Below are positions 9,239 through 19,813 of a DNA stretch of 64,000 nucleotides, one piece after another. The position numbers were made by a program, and so were the translations under genes. The stretch spans positions 21,207-85,206 of the IMG/VR virus record IMGVR_UViG_3300035034_002799; one strand, written 5' to 3'. The first letter of the stretch is position 1; each line of letters begins with the position of its first letter. The DNA comes from a virus. The notes beneath the pieces are model-generated. The model was given only the letters and a program-made list of their open reading frames with translations, was not told the origin of the DNA and ran no database searches.

Positions 9239-9982
9239 AAAATGTATTATAATGGGAAATGGTCCATCGCTTAATAATGTAAATATAGATGATTTACGTG
9301 GTGTTGATACATTCTCTTTTAATAGAGCTTATATAGCATATAAAGAATGGGATTTTTATCCTACATATTTTGCATGTATTGATTGTAGAACTTTTAGAAC
9401 TATATATGACGACTTGAAAAATCTTATTGATTCTGATAACCCCATTAAGAAATATTTTACGGCTCCGTGGGGTAATATGATTAATGGGATCGAACAAAAA
9501 AATAAAATCGTTCAGACTGATTATACAAATGTCAATGCGATAGAAGACTCATCTTTATGTTTTGGTCAGTACAGTGACTTGAGTTTTCCTAATTTATTCA
9601 AAGGTACATGTCCGTTAGATAATGTTAGTATATGGGCGGTTCAGTTTGCCTACTTAATGGGTTACACTCATGTTGGTATGGTTGGGGTTGATTGTCGTTA
9701 TGTTCCTAGATCAGATGTTAGGCAAATTGAAGGGGGGGGGATTGTGAATTTACTTCTGATGAAGACCCAAATCATTTTAGATCAGATTATTTTGGTAAAG
9801 GGTCGATAACAACTCACCATCATTTGAATAATGGTGTGGCTGGTAATAATTTAGGTGTGTGGGAAAAGTTGAAAGCTAGTTATGTTAAACAAAATGAATT
9901 TAAACTATATTCTTGCACTGAAGGCTCCAGAGTAAATAGGATTTTTAATTATCTACCACTTAAAAAATTATTGGAGTTATAA
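9231..9982 (+). CDS. Maf/DUF115-type glycosyltransferase interrupted by a G9 tract (frameshift at 9732-9740)
   Basis: MGNGPSLN, FSFNR, FAYLMGY...GVD; the -1 frame after the tract gives DPNHFRSDYFGKG...LYSCT to TAA 9982. Confidence 0.75.
9732..9740 (+). repeat. Homopolymeric G9 tract
   Basis: Directly visible; the longest G run I saw in the window. Confidence 0.95.
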
Positions 9983-10641
9983 ATAATTAACTTCAATATA
10001 TTTAGTTAGGGCTTTTATGCATTCATCAGTAGGGTGCCATGCCAAATCTTTAAACATTTTTCCATTATATGACTTAGCAAAATCTTCTAAGTCAACTGAA
10101 TTATGAAAAATACTATGAAGCTCTGGGTAGCTTATGTGATTTCCGTAAATATTCTTAGTTGGTTCTTTATCACCTTCTCCTCCCCACCAAGCTCCAAAAT
10201 GACACAAAATATGAATTTCACTTGGGGGAATCTTTGATAATATCTTAACCATTTTACGAAGAACCTATTCTGAATATCGGTAACTATTTCATTTTTCAAC
10301 AACTTATTGTCTATATACCATTTATCTGGGTTATTTAAAGATTTTAAATATAAAGAATGATTCATTTTTTTAGAGTAAAAATCATTATCTTCAAGCTTAA
10401 GATTGTCTTCCATCCAGTGGTTTATAGTATTAAAGGCTAATGATCTAAAAGGTAAAACAAAAACATGATCGCATTTTTTGCTTGCGTTTATTGTAGCATC
10501 TATCATTTTTTCGTGAAATATAGGCATTGATGTTGCCCCAAAAAAAGAGTTATAATTCCATCCAGTGGGTGAGAATAATGATTTTGGTAATTTTTGCATC
10601 CATGCAACATGCGAGCAACCGACGAATGATTTTACTGACAT
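9977..10641 (-). pseudogene. SGNH/GDSL-like hydrolase split by an apparent 1-nt frameshift near 10205
   Basis: N-half has FVGCSH, C-half has KDLAWHP; the two overlapping ORFs join as IF(W)CHFG if one G is restored. Confidence 0.55.
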
Positions 10642-10687
10642 ACAAACGATCCTTATGTTATAATTATATCAGAAAGAGTGTTAAAAT

Positions 10688-12751
10688 ATGAAAAAAGCAT
10701 TAATCACGGGGATCACAGGACAAGACGGTAGTTACTTAACGGAACTGTTACTGGATAAAGGATATGAAGTACATGGAATAGTCCGTAGGTCTTCGTCTTT
10801 CAATACAGGTAGGATTGATCATTTAGTATCTGATCCTAAATTGTTTAATAAAACGTTACATCTTCATTTTGGTGACCTAACAGACTCAACTAATATTGAC
10901 GAATTAATACGAACTATAAAGCCAGATGAAATTTATAATTTGGGCGCTCAATCTCATGTCAAAGTATCCTTCGAAGTTCCAGAATATACGGCAGATGCTA
11001 ATGCTATGGGACCACTAAGAATTTTAGAAGCTATGAAGAAGCATTGCCCTAATTCTAAGTATTACCAAGCTTCAACCAGTGAGATGTACGGTGGCGTAAC
11101 AGAAGAGATGCCTGAAAAGGGATATAATGAAAACTCTCCCTTCCATCCCAGATCACCATATGGTGTAGCAAAGCTCTATGGACATTGGATTGCTCGTAAT
11201 TACCGAGAGTCTTATAATATGTTTATAGTTTCGTCTTGCCTGTTTAATCATGAATGTTTCGATTCCAATACCCCGATAACTATAAAGAACGGCGAAACAA
11301 TAGATGTCGTTTATATGAGAGACTTCTTACCAGAAAGAAAAGATATATCTAAAGATAATAATATTCTAATCGGAGATTTTTCTAATGAAAATATAGAAGT
11401 ATGGAATGGTAGCGGATATACTAAATTAAAAACTATAACTAGGCGCAAAATAAAAACCTTAGATACTGAAAATAGAAACAAAGTGGTCTCTAATACTAGA
11501 AATGGCTCAGTAGTTACTACACCCCATCACAATTTTCTAATAGGTCAGAAAAAAATACCACAGAGACAACTCAACTTACATGATGAATTAGATCATGGGG
11601 GGTTACCGAAACTAGGTAATCATATTAAAATCACTGAGGCGGAAGCTAAATTTTTAGGAATGTTAGTAGGAGACGGTCATATATGTTCATCTGGTCATGT
11701 TCGTTTGGCGAACCTAGATCACGGTGAAACCTTTAAAGATTTATGCCGATTTCTATTTCCAGTCTTCAATATCAGAGAAGCTAACTACGCATCTGGGTAT
11801 GGTGACAATACTAGACATCATAACGTGTCAGGTATTAGCAGTCATTTAGGTAAATTTTATAGGTCAGAAATATACGACGAACGCACAAAACATAAAAAAG
11901 TACCAAAGCGTATATTAAATTCTTCTTTGGAAGTAAAAACAAAATTCTTGGAGGGATATTATCTTTGTGATGGGTTAAAAAAAGACAAATGTACATATAA
12001 ATTTAAGTCTTTTAAATCCAACTCACCACTATTATGTCAGGGTCTTATTTTACTTATGAATGAGGTAGTTGAAGGTTTCAAATTTAATATTAATACTTTT
12101 GAACAAAACAGTAGATTGTATAATCAAGTAAACATACATAGTGATAAAAAAGGAGATAAAGGACTACATTTGATAAAAAATAATAAAGAACTTAAAAAAG
12201 AGATCATATTAGATGAGTCTAATTGTTTTGTATATGACATAGAAACTGAATGTGGTTACTTACAAGCTGGGGTAGGTTCTATGGTGTTGGCTAACTCACC
12301 ACGTAGAGGTGATACATTCGTAACCAAAAAGATTACAAACTGGTGTAAAAAATGGAAAATGAACCCCAATGAAACTGAGCCGCTTGAATTGGGTAATTTA
12401 TACGCTTATCGTGATTGGGGTCACGCTAAGGACTTTATGAATTGTGTGTATTTAATGATGCAACAAGAAACTCCAGAAGACTTCGTAATAGCTACTGGTG
12501 AAACATACACCGTTAAGGATTTCGTTGAAGAGTGCTTTAATCAATTGGGAGAATCAATAACTTGGAAAGGTGAAGGTATTAATGAAGTAGGACTGGTAAA
12601 TAATAAAACAGTAGTAAAAATCAATCCTAAATACTTCCGTCCTGCTGAGGTGGATATTTTGTTGGGTGATTCATCAAAGGCTCGTAAGAAGCTTGGATGG
12701 ACCCCTGAGTATAATTTTAAAACGCTTGTTAAAGATATGTTGGATAACTAA
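10688..12751 (+). CDS. gmd: GDP-mannose 4,6-dehydratase containing an intein
   Basis: [47 protein letters not shown]; extein is 340 aa. Confidence 0.95.
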   Translation: MKKALITGITGQDGSYLTELLLDKGYEVHGIVRRSSSFNTGRIDHLVSDPKLFNKTLHLHFGDLTDSTNIDELIRTIKPDEIYNLGAQSHVKVSFEVPEYTADANAMGPLRILEAMKKHCPNSKYYQASTSEMYGGVTEEMPEKGYNENSPFHPRSPYGVAKLYGHWIARNYRESYNMFIVSSCLFNHECFDSNTPITIKNGETIDVVYMRDFLPERKDISKDNNILIGDFSNENIEVWNGSGYTKLKTITRRKIKTLDTENRNKVVSNTRNGSVVTTPHHNFLIGQKKIPQRQLNLHDELDHGGLPKLGNHIKITEAEAKFLGMLVGDGHICSSGHVRLANLDHGETFKDLCRFLFPVFNIREANYASGYGDNTRHHNVSGISSHLGKFYRSEIYDERTKHKKVPKRILNSSLEVKTKFLEGYYLCDGLKKDKCTYKFKSFKSNSPLLCQGLILLMNEVVEGFKFNINTFEQNSRLYNQVNIHSDKKGDKGLHLIKNNKELKKEIILDESNCFVYDIETECGYLQAGVGSMVLANSPRRGDTFVTKKITNWCKKWKMNPNETEPLELGNLYAYRDWGHAKDFMNCVYLMMQQETPEDFVIATGETYTVKDFVEECFNQLGESITWKGEGINEVGLVNNKTVVKINPKYFRPAEVDILLGDSSKARKKLGWTPEYNFKTLVKDMLDN
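11255..12295 (+). mobile_element. Intein (347 aa) with LAGLIDADG homing endonuclease in gmd
   Basis: Starts CFDSNT; TTPHH block B; LGMLVGDG and LEGYYLCDG; VYDIET; ends VLAN before Ser+1. Confidence 0.92.
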
Positions 12752-13329
12752 TGACTGAACACGAAAGATGGCTTAAAGATAACGGTGAAGAAAAGCGTTT
12801 AACATACCCATTAAACACCAAAAGTCTTTACGTGGATTTTGGTGCTTATGACGGTAAATTCGCTAGAAAGATTTATGATAAATTCAAATGTCAGATAATT
12901 GCTTATGAGCCTATTCCTAAATTTTTGGATTTATGTGAGAAAAACTTAGAAGGTACAGATGCTACTGTTTTGCCTTATGGTGTTGGTAAAGAAAATATCC
13001 AATTATATGTAGAAGATACTAATGATGCCACCCATCTTTTTTCTAAAGGTAATATTAAAATTGAAGTTAGAGATGTTTATAATCTTATAGGTAAAGATGA
13101 TATAGACCTTCTAAAAATTAATATCGAAGGTGCTGAATATGATGTCTTAGAGAGAATGATCGAAACTGATTTATTAAAAAACGTTCGTTATCTTCAAGTT
13201 CAGTTTCATAAATTTCCTCATGTTGAACGACCAGTGGAAAGAAGACAAAAGATTTGGGAAGAACTTCAAAAAACTCATAAATGTCAATGGTCTTATGATT
13301 TTGTTTGGGAGAGTTGGGAGAGAAAATGA
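12751..13329 (+). CDS. FkbM family methyltransferase
   Basis: DFGAYDG, YEP, IDLLKINIEGAEY, LQVQFH. Confidence 0.88.
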   Translation: MTEHERWLKDNGEEKRLTYPLNTKSLYVDFGAYDGKFARKIYDKFKCQIIAYEPIPKFLDLCEKNLEGTDATVLPYGVGKENIQLYVEDTNDATHLFSKGNIKIEVRDVYNLIGKDDIDLLKINIEGAEYDVLERMIETDLLKNVRYLQVQFHKFPHVERPVERRQKIWEELQKTHKCQWSYDFVWESWERK

Positions 13330-14252
13330 ATAAAGGCGATGTTATTTATGTAACTGGTTCTACTGGTCTGGTAGGTAGTGCTATTATGAGAAAACTAAAA
13401 GAAGAAGGATTTACTCAAGTTTATGGAGCTTCAAGAGCTAATGGTTGTGATTTGGGAGATGTTAACTATGTAAAAGACATTCTATGGCATGTACGTCCAA
13501 AATACATATTCCATTGTGCGTCTATGGTTGGTGGAATTGGTAAAAACATTAAATACCCCGCCGACTTTGGTTTAACTAATTCCCGAATAAACAATAATGT
13601 TATTGAATGGGCTAGGGTTGTTAATGCTAAACTGTTATTTCTAGGTTCTTCTTGTATCTACCCCAGAGAATGCCCACAACCAATGAAAGAAGAATATCTT
13701 ATGACTGGTCCATGTGAACCAACCAATGAGATGTATGCTCTATCTAAGATTTATGGCATTAAAATGTGTCAGGCGTATCGTAAACAATACGGTAATAATT
13801 TTATTACTTGTCAGCCTGCTAATATATATGGGGTAGGGGATCACTTCGATCCTGAAAACGCTCATGTTGTGGGTTCTCTTATTAGTAAATTTCACAAAGC
13901 AAAGATCGAGAAGACACCTGTTGAACTTTGGGGTGATGGTTCAGCAATGAGAGAATTATTATATGTTGATGATGTTGCTGATGCTTGTTTGTTTCTTATG
14001 AACAATTATGACGGGGAAGAATTAATCAATGTTGGAACTGGTATTGATATTACTATAAAAGAATTAGCAAATATGATCAAGAAGGTTGTCGGGTATGATG
14101 GGCACATTCAATGGGATGTTCTAAAGCCTAATGGAATGCCCCGCAAAGTTCTAGATGTAGCAAAAATTCATTCAATGGGATGGGAACATAAATTTGACCT
14201 TGACAAAGGAATAGAAAAGACTTATAATTGGTATTTGGGGAATATAATATGA
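13326..14252 (+). CDS. fcl: GDP-L-fucose/colitose synthase (epimerase-reductase)
   Basis: GLVGSA, VGGI, FLGSSCIYP, YALSKI, WGDGSAMRE. Confidence 0.92.
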   Translation: MNKGDVIYVTGSTGLVGSAIMRKLKEEGFTQVYGASRANGCDLGDVNYVKDILWHVRPKYIFHCASMVGGIGKNIKYPADFGLTNSRINNNVIEWARVVNAKLLFLGSSCIYPRECPQPMKEEYLMTGPCEPTNEMYALSKIYGIKMCQAYRKQYGNNFITCQPANIYGVGDHFDPENAHVVGSLISKFHKAKIEKTPVELWGDGSAMRELLYVDDVADACLFLMNNYDGEELINVGTGIDITIKELANMIKKVVGYDGHIQWDVLKPNGMPRKVLDVAKIHSMGWEHKFDLDKGIEKTYNWYLGNII

Positions 14253-15082
14253 TTAACGTTATTATGTATAGTTTTGACCGAGCTTGTCAGTTAGATTTAG
14301 CGTTAAGGTCAATAAAAGATCACTTTGCGGAATGGCAAAGTTGTACATGGACTATTATTGTAAAGTGTAGTAACGATGAATATTCAAAAGGATATTCAAG
14401 AGTTAGACAACTTCATCCTGAAAGGCAATTTGAATTTGTTCATGAGATTAATTTTAGAGATGATACCCGCCGAGCTTTTAATAAACCGAATAAACCCTAT
14501 ACTACATGGATGATGGACGATGATGCGTTTATTAGACCGTTCTCATTACAGGATCAACAATTTAAGGATTTCGCAAATAATCAAGAGATCACTACTTTAA
14601 GTTGTAGACTAGCACCATATATGAACGAATGTTACACACAATCAAGAAAAGCATTAGTTCCTGATCTTACCGAAAATTTAACATGGAACTGGCGTAATTC
14701 ATCCAAATTAGATTTGTTTCATGGATACCCTACTGATTGGGGGTATCCTATGTCAATTGCTAGTTTCCATATTTTTAGAACATATCAAATAGCAAGTACT
14801 GTTAATAAAGTAATATTTAAAGCACCTAATTCTCTTGAAGGTCAGTTAGCTCTTAATCCTCCTGCTGGTGACTATATGATGTGTTACCCAAGAGCTTTAA
14901 ATATCAACATTCCTATTAATAAAGCCCAAACTGAAAATGGTAATCGTTTTGGTAATAAATCTCATCTTCAACAAGATGTCCTCAACCGAGAATTTATAGT
15001 AGGAAAAAGATTATCTACTGATAAAGTATATGGAGCAGTCACACCTAGCCCTCATTATGAATTAGATTTGGAGTTTGAATGA
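14249..15082 (+). CDS. Putative GT-A glycosyltransferase
   Basis: SFDRACQL, MMDDD, WGYPMS, PNSLEG; located in the sugar operon. Confidence 0.55.
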   Translation: MINVIMYSFDRACQLDLALRSIKDHFAEWQSCTWTIIVKCSNDEYSKGYSRVRQLHPERQFEFVHEINFRDDTRRAFNKPNKPYTTWMMDDDAFIRPFSLQDQQFKDFANNQEITTLSCRLAPYMNECYTQSRKALVPDLTENLTWNWRNSSKLDLFHGYPTDWGYPMSIASFHIFRTYQIASTVNKVIFKAPNSLEGQLALNPPAGDYMMCYPRALNINIPINKAQTENGNRFGNKSHLQQDVLNREFIVGKRLSTDKVYGAVTPSPHYELDLEFE

Positions 15083-16242
15083 AATACCCACTTGCAACTG
15101 AAACATGGACAGACATCGAAAAAAAGGTAGCTAAAGATGTCATTGATAGTGGCATGTGTACTATGGGTAATATAACAAAAGAATTTGAGGCTAAATTTGC
15201 TGAATTTTTCGGAAGCAAATATGCAGTATTTAGTAACTCTGGTTCTTCAGCTAACCTATTGGCAGTAGCTGCATTAGTTCATAAATATAATTTACAACGA
15301 GGAGATGAAGTCATTGTCCCTGCGGTATCTTGGAGTACTACATATTATCCATTACAACAGTATGGTTTGAAATTAGTTTTTGTAGACGTAAACGAAAACG
15401 ATTTTAATATTGACATTGACGAAGTAACAAAAGCATTAACACACAAAACGAGATTAATTGTTGCAGTTAATCTTCTTGGTATGTCATGTAATTTTGGTGC
15501 GCTTGAGCATATTTGTAAATCTAAAAACATTATCCTTATGGAAGATAATTGTGAGTCAATGGGTGCTACATATGAAGATAAGTATTGTGGTGCGATTGGT
15601 GAAATAGGAACTTTTAGTACTTTTTTCTCACATCATATATGTACTGTCGAAGGTGGTGTTACAGTAACTAATGATGAGGAACTTTATCATTTAATGCTTT
15701 CAATTCGTTCTCATGGATGGACTCGACATCTACCAGACAATAATCATATTGAAAATAAAACGGGTGATTCTTTTTATGATTCTTACCGTTTTGTGTTGCC
15801 TGGGTATAATCTTAGAAATAATGACATTTTTGCTGCTATAGGTTTAGAACAACTTAAGAAATTACCTGAATTAGTTTCTAAAAGAATAGAAAATTGGGAT
15901 TATATGGTTTGTTCACTACAATATATCAACGTTAGTAATTTAAAACTTCAATGGACCAATGACGACCGCAGTAGTTCGTCTTGGTTTGGTTTCGGTTTCA
16001 TTTATGATGGGGATAGAGACTCTTTAGTTAAAACCCTCACTGAAGAAGGTATTGATACCCGTCCTATCGTAGCTGGTAACTTTTGCAAAAACCCTGTGAT
16101 TCAATATATGAATCACAGGATTGTAGGTGACTTACCTATTGCTAATTTAATTGATAAACAAGGTTTCTTTGTTGGTAATAACGGAAGTTCCTTGAGTTCT
16201 CAAATTGATCATTTTATTAATATTATTTCGAAAAATGCTTGA
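15079..16242 (+). CDS. colD: ColD-type GDP-4-keto-6-deoxymannose 3-dehydratase (DegT/DnrJ family)
   Basis: NSGSSANL, EDNCES, FSTFFSHHICTVEGG (His in place of the PLP Lys), RSHGWTR, PGYNLR, RPIVAGNF. Confidence 0.82.
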   Translation: MKYPLATETWTDIEKKVAKDVIDSGMCTMGNITKEFEAKFAEFFGSKYAVFSNSGSSANLLAVAALVHKYNLQRGDEVIVPAVSWSTTYYPLQQYGLKLVFVDVNENDFNIDIDEVTKALTHKTRLIVAVNLLGMSCNFGALEHICKSKNIILMEDNCESMGATYEDKYCGAIGEIGTFSTFFSHHICTVEGGVTVTNDEELYHLMLSIRSHGWTRHLPDNNHIENKTGDSFYDSYRFVLPGYNLRNNDIFAAIGLEQLKKLPELVSKRIENWDYMVCSLQYINVSNLKLQWTNDDRSSSSWFGFGFIYDGDRDSLVKTLTEEGIDTRPIVAGNFCKNPVIQYMNHRIVGDLPIANLIDKQGFFVGNNGSSLSSQIDHFINIISKNA

Positions 16243-17101
16243 TTATAAACTCAGCAAAGTTAGCTTCGCCAAGTAACTTATCTTGTGCTACTTTTGTAGA
16301 CTTGTTATTTACGAACTGGTCGGTATTATAGTAAGCATTTTTTATTGTATTAAATATATCATTTACGTCATCACTAAGCTTATAGTGAGTCTCTTCTCCA
16401 AAAACATGATGACAGTGGTTAGCTCCCCAATATAAAGGAACACAATCACATATGATAGGATCAACAAATTTCTCAGTTATCCAATAAGGCATTCTTTTAT
16501 TTTCAATAGCGATATTCATTTTATAATCTCTAAAGGCTAAAGTCTTATCTGCTATTTCTCCTTTAACTCTTCCGTCTAGTGGATAAAGTTCACGACTACC
16601 TCTCCCATAAACATGAATATCCATATCGCTTGCTAAAATCTTTTTGATCAAACCATGGCGAAGATTGTGACCAGGTAAGAATTTCTTATTAGATGCAATA
16701 ATACTCATTTTCTGCGGTTTTTCTGGATTAGTATATCCAGAAAAATCTTTTACTAAAGGGATGTTTGGTAAGAATGTATACCATTCTTTTATATTAGGAC
16801 CGTTCATATAACGAAGATCGTAAACAAAATAGGTTCCTACATGTTTATCAACCCACTCTCTATATTTGTTCATATCAATAAGTTCATATACTTCTTGATG
16901 AAAACCCACCACGTTTTCTTTAGGTACTTTAAGTTGTGGGAGTTTACCATGATTGAAAATACACGCATGGGTATAGCTTTCATCATCAACAACCGTAATA
17001 TTTTTGTAAGTAGTATTACCTAATCCCCAAGATTTAAATGCACCTTTAGCTACAGTAGGAGTGGTATAATCTGAAAATATTTTAAGCCTTATTTCTTGCA
17101 T
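16223..17101 (-). CDS. GT10-like fucosyl/colitosyltransferase
   Basis: YKMNIAIEN...WITEKFVD...VPLYWGA. Confidence 0.8.
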   Translation of the reverse strand: MQEIRLKIFSDYTTPTVAKGAFKSWGLGNTTYKNITVVDDESYTHACIFNHGKLPQLKVPKENVVGFHQEVYELIDMNKYREWVDKHVGTYFVYDLRYMNGPNIKEWYTFLPNIPLVKDFSGYTNPEKPQKMSIIASNKKFLPGHNLRHGLIKKILASDMDIHVYGRGSRELYPLDGRVKGEIADKTLAFRDYKMNIAIENKRMPYWITEKFVDPIICDCVPLYWGANHCHHVFGEETHYKLSDDVNDIFNTIKNAYYNTDQFVNNKSTKVAQDKLLGEANFAEFIIKHFSK

Positions 17102-18233
17102 TGGTATGTTCCCATGTTTTAATGTATTCTTTTAGTTCGGTAATTGTCATTTTTAAAACTTTTTCATGTTCTCTTATATTATTCCTATAAAGAGGATTTG
17201 AATATGTACTATTTTGAGTTATCATATGATCTACATGATAAAGATAACCTTCTAATGAATCAACTTTATAACCTAGTTTTTTAACTCTATGTAATCTTTC
17301 CTGGTCTTCTGGACCCCATGAAATCATGTTTTCATTTTCCATCCCAGCTTCAATAAATTTTTCTCTATTCATAAAGAAACATCCACCAGGAGGAATTCCT
17401 TGGTGAATAATCCCAGTTAACGAATCTACAATATCAAGATTGAGAGTTTCTCTTATTATTCTAAAGTCTTTCTTAAATATGTGTTTGAGAGGTTTATTAA
17501 AAGGATAACAAAAATCAAGTTTACCTGAACGAATAGCTTCAGCCGCCGCGACATATTTATCTGGTTGCATAAGAACGTCAGAATCGTAACTAACAATAAT
17601 AGGAGTAGTTACTAATTCAGCCATCTTATTAAGTATTCTTGTTTTATAAAAGTAGTCGGTTTTGTTTTCAATGAAAAGACAGCGAACATAAGAGTTCCAT
17701 TCTGGTTTCCAAAAATCCTTAATGTTTATTTTCTTACCGCTTTCACATATAATAATATTAGTATTAAAATATTTACCTAAGTAGTCAATAATTAAAGTTA
17801 GATTGTTTTTTCTGTCTTGTGATTCTATACCAACAGGTATAGTAAAAGTTACGTCAGATAGATCAATTTTCCCACTATTTTCCATTTTTTTATTTCCTTT
17901 TAATACTTTATATTCTATAGTATTTGTTTCAGCTTTTTCTTTTTCTATTACTTGTTTTTCAGTTTCGACGTCTTCTACATATACTTCTATGGGCGTTTCG
18001 TCTTTTATTATGACATCTTCAATATTCACTTCTGTAGGTAGAGATAATTTTCTTAAACTATTACGAACTTCTATATTAGGTACCGTTGTATCTTCATCTG
18101 ATAATTTTAGTAAACCCTTATAACTAGAAAAGAATTCAGGACCATTAATAGTTTGCTGGGGAGCGACTACTATTCTTCGACCGTGATGTAATATTCTAAT
18201 TTTACGGCGTGATGTGTTTTTAAATTCTGCCAT
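17082..18233 (-). CDS. GT2/GT7-like glycosyltransferase with N-terminal extension
   Basis: YDSDV, GGCFF, GMENENMISWGPEDQE, LYHVDH. Confidence 0.85.
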   Translation of the reverse strand: MAEFKNTSRRKIRILHHGRRIVVAPQQTINGPEFFSSYKGLLKLSDEDTTVPNIEVRNSLRKLSLPTEVNIEDVIIKDETPIEVYVEDVETEKQVIEKEKAETNTIEYKVLKGNKKMENSGKIDLSDVTFTIPVGIESQDRKNNLTLIIDYLGKYFNTNIIICESGKKINIKDFWKPEWNSYVRCLFIENKTDYFYKTRILNKMAELVTTPIIVSYDSDVLMQPDKYVAAAEAIRSGKLDFCYPFNKPLKHIFKKDFRIIRETLNLDIVDSLTGIIHQGIPPGGCFFMNREKFIEAGMENENMISWGPEDQERLHRVKKLGYKVDSLEGYLYHVDHMITQNSTYSNPLYRNNIREHEKVLKMTITELKEYIKTWEHTNARNKA

Positions 18234-18245
18234 TATTACTCCGTT

Positions 18246-19022
18246 TTAGTCCTTGAGCCACTTCCAAGATTTAATGTATTCATTTAGTAAATTCTTGTTC
18301 ATTTGACTAACCTTAACCCATTCCTTTTCGTTCTTTTTATAAAAAGGATGTGAATTAGTAGCACTGTTAGGACTTGATCCGTGACTCATATGAAAAAGTG
18401 GACCTTTAAGTCGATTAACATTCAGCCCCATAGTTCTTGCTCTATAGTCTCTTTCAGTATCTTCAAACCCCCAAGATACAAAGTTTTCATTTTCCATACC
18501 AACACTAATGAATTTTTCTTTTGACCAGAAAATAGCACCACCAACCGAATCTGCTTTAGGTCGAAGGTTTCTACATACAGTTTCTGGAACATCTAGAGTT
18601 AAACTATTTCCTAATTTATGAACATGTGTTGCTGGTACATCCAGAAAGTTACCATTATATGGAAAAATTAAATCACTAAAACCGTTGCGAATCATTGTAG
18701 CTGCTTCGACATATTGTTCAGGTTGTAAAAGCACATCAGTATCATAGTTTACAATAATTGGCGTGGTTGCTAATTTTGCCATATAATTAAGCATCATAGT
18801 ACGATGAAACCATTGGCTTTGGGTTTTCATAAAAATATACTTATAATCTATACCTTCATCAATATGTTGTTTAGCTTTTGATTCGGTGTCCATTTCGCAT
18901 ATCATAATATTTGTTTTAAGATGTTTTTTCAAATAACGGGTCATAATATTTAGATTACGACCACGGTCTGGTTGGTCTATTTTTACTGGAATTGTAAAGG
19001 TAACGTCACTTAGGTCTAACAT
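18246..19022 (-). CDS. GT2/GT7-like glycosyltransferase, paralog of 17082
   Basis: DLSDVTFTIPV, YDTDV, GMENENFVSWGFEDTE, FHMSH. Confidence 0.85.
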   Translation of the reverse strand: MLDLSDVTFTIPVKIDQPDRGRNLNIMTRYLKKHLKTNIMICEMDTESKAKQHIDEGIDYKYIFMKTQSQWFHRTMMLNYMAKLATTPIIVNYDTDVLLQPEQYVEAATMIRNGFSDLIFPYNGNFLDVPATHVHKLGNSLTLDVPETVCRNLRPKADSVGGAIFWSKEKFISVGMENENFVSWGFEDTERDYRARTMGLNVNRLKGPLFHMSHGSSPNSATNSHPFYKKNEKEWVKVSQMNKNLLNEYIKSWKWLKD

Positions 19023-19740
19023 GTGTATACTCCGCACTAATAGGTATATGAATTTTAGGGACTGCTCCGTGATAAATTCTTGCATTATGTTGTATGTATT
19101 TCTTTTTGTCCGATTCGTCAATAACAGAAGGGGTATGAATCCAATCAATATAAGGAGTAGATTCCATTACATGGAAATGCTCTTTAGGATGATACATTCC
19201 AGCCATTCTACATCTGCGTGTATAATCGGCATGTTCATATCCATATCTATTATAACGCTCATCGAAGGCACCCACTTGGTTTAAACATTCTTTTGTCATT
19301 ACCATTAGGACTCCGTTTACATAAGCACCGCATAGACCCAAATGAATTGATTCATACTTAAGAGCCTTCTTTATCATTTTTCTGTAGTCAGAAACAATAT
19401 AATTCATATGCTGAAACCCAGATTGTTCGATTGCTCTAAGATACACATCAATCCACCCTGATTTTTTAAAGCAGATATCATCCTCACTTATGAATACAAC
19501 ATCATTATCTTTTAAAAAATGGAGAAGTCTATTCTTATTAACAGGGATACCACTGTTAGGTCCATGAATAAGACCAAAATTTTCGGCAATCCATTCATAG
19601 CCTGTGGTATCATGGTCATCTACTGAACAAATAGTCTGTATCTCGTGTTTATTCTTATCTGTGGTCTTAAGAATATCTTCACATACTTTAGTTGCCAAGT
19701 CTGGTCTTTTATATGAACAAACCCCAATTCCGATCTTCAT
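19006..19740 (-). CDS. GT2 family glycosyltransferase
   Basis: SYKRP, VDD, SEDD, GAFDERY..YGYEH. Confidence 0.85.
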   Translation of the reverse strand: MKIGIGVCSYKRPDLATKVCEDILKTTDKNKHEIQTICSVDDHDTTGYEWIAENFGLIHGPNSGIPVNKNRLLHFLKDNDVVFISEDDICFKKSGWIDVYLRAIEQSGFQHMNYIVSDYRKMIKKALKYESIHLGLCGAYVNGVLMVMTKECLNQVGAFDERYNRYGYEHADYTRRCRMAGMYHPKEHFHVMESTPYIDWIHTPSVIDESDKKKYIQHNARIYHGAVPKIHIPISAEYTHVRPK

Positions 19741-19749
19741 TTTTTCCCC

Positions 19750-19777
19750 TTGACATTTTTAAAAGATCAAATATAAT
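19750..19777 (+). promoter_or_regulatory. Sigma70-type promoter TTGACA-N16-TATAAT
   Basis: Consensus hexamers, intergenic. Confidence 0.7.
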
Positions 19778-19813
19778 CTCTTCTGATATTTTAACACAAA
19801 AGGAGTTAGTTTT

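Noticed and set aside
9978-9985. TATAAATA match
   Set aside because: Lies at convergent gene ends with no sense gene downstream; likely chance in AT-rich DNA
2818-19740. Bacterial O-antigen locus (host contamination or prophage flank)
   Set aside because: Contiguous with T4-like core genes, contains a late promoter, and lacks wzx/wzy or an initiating transferase
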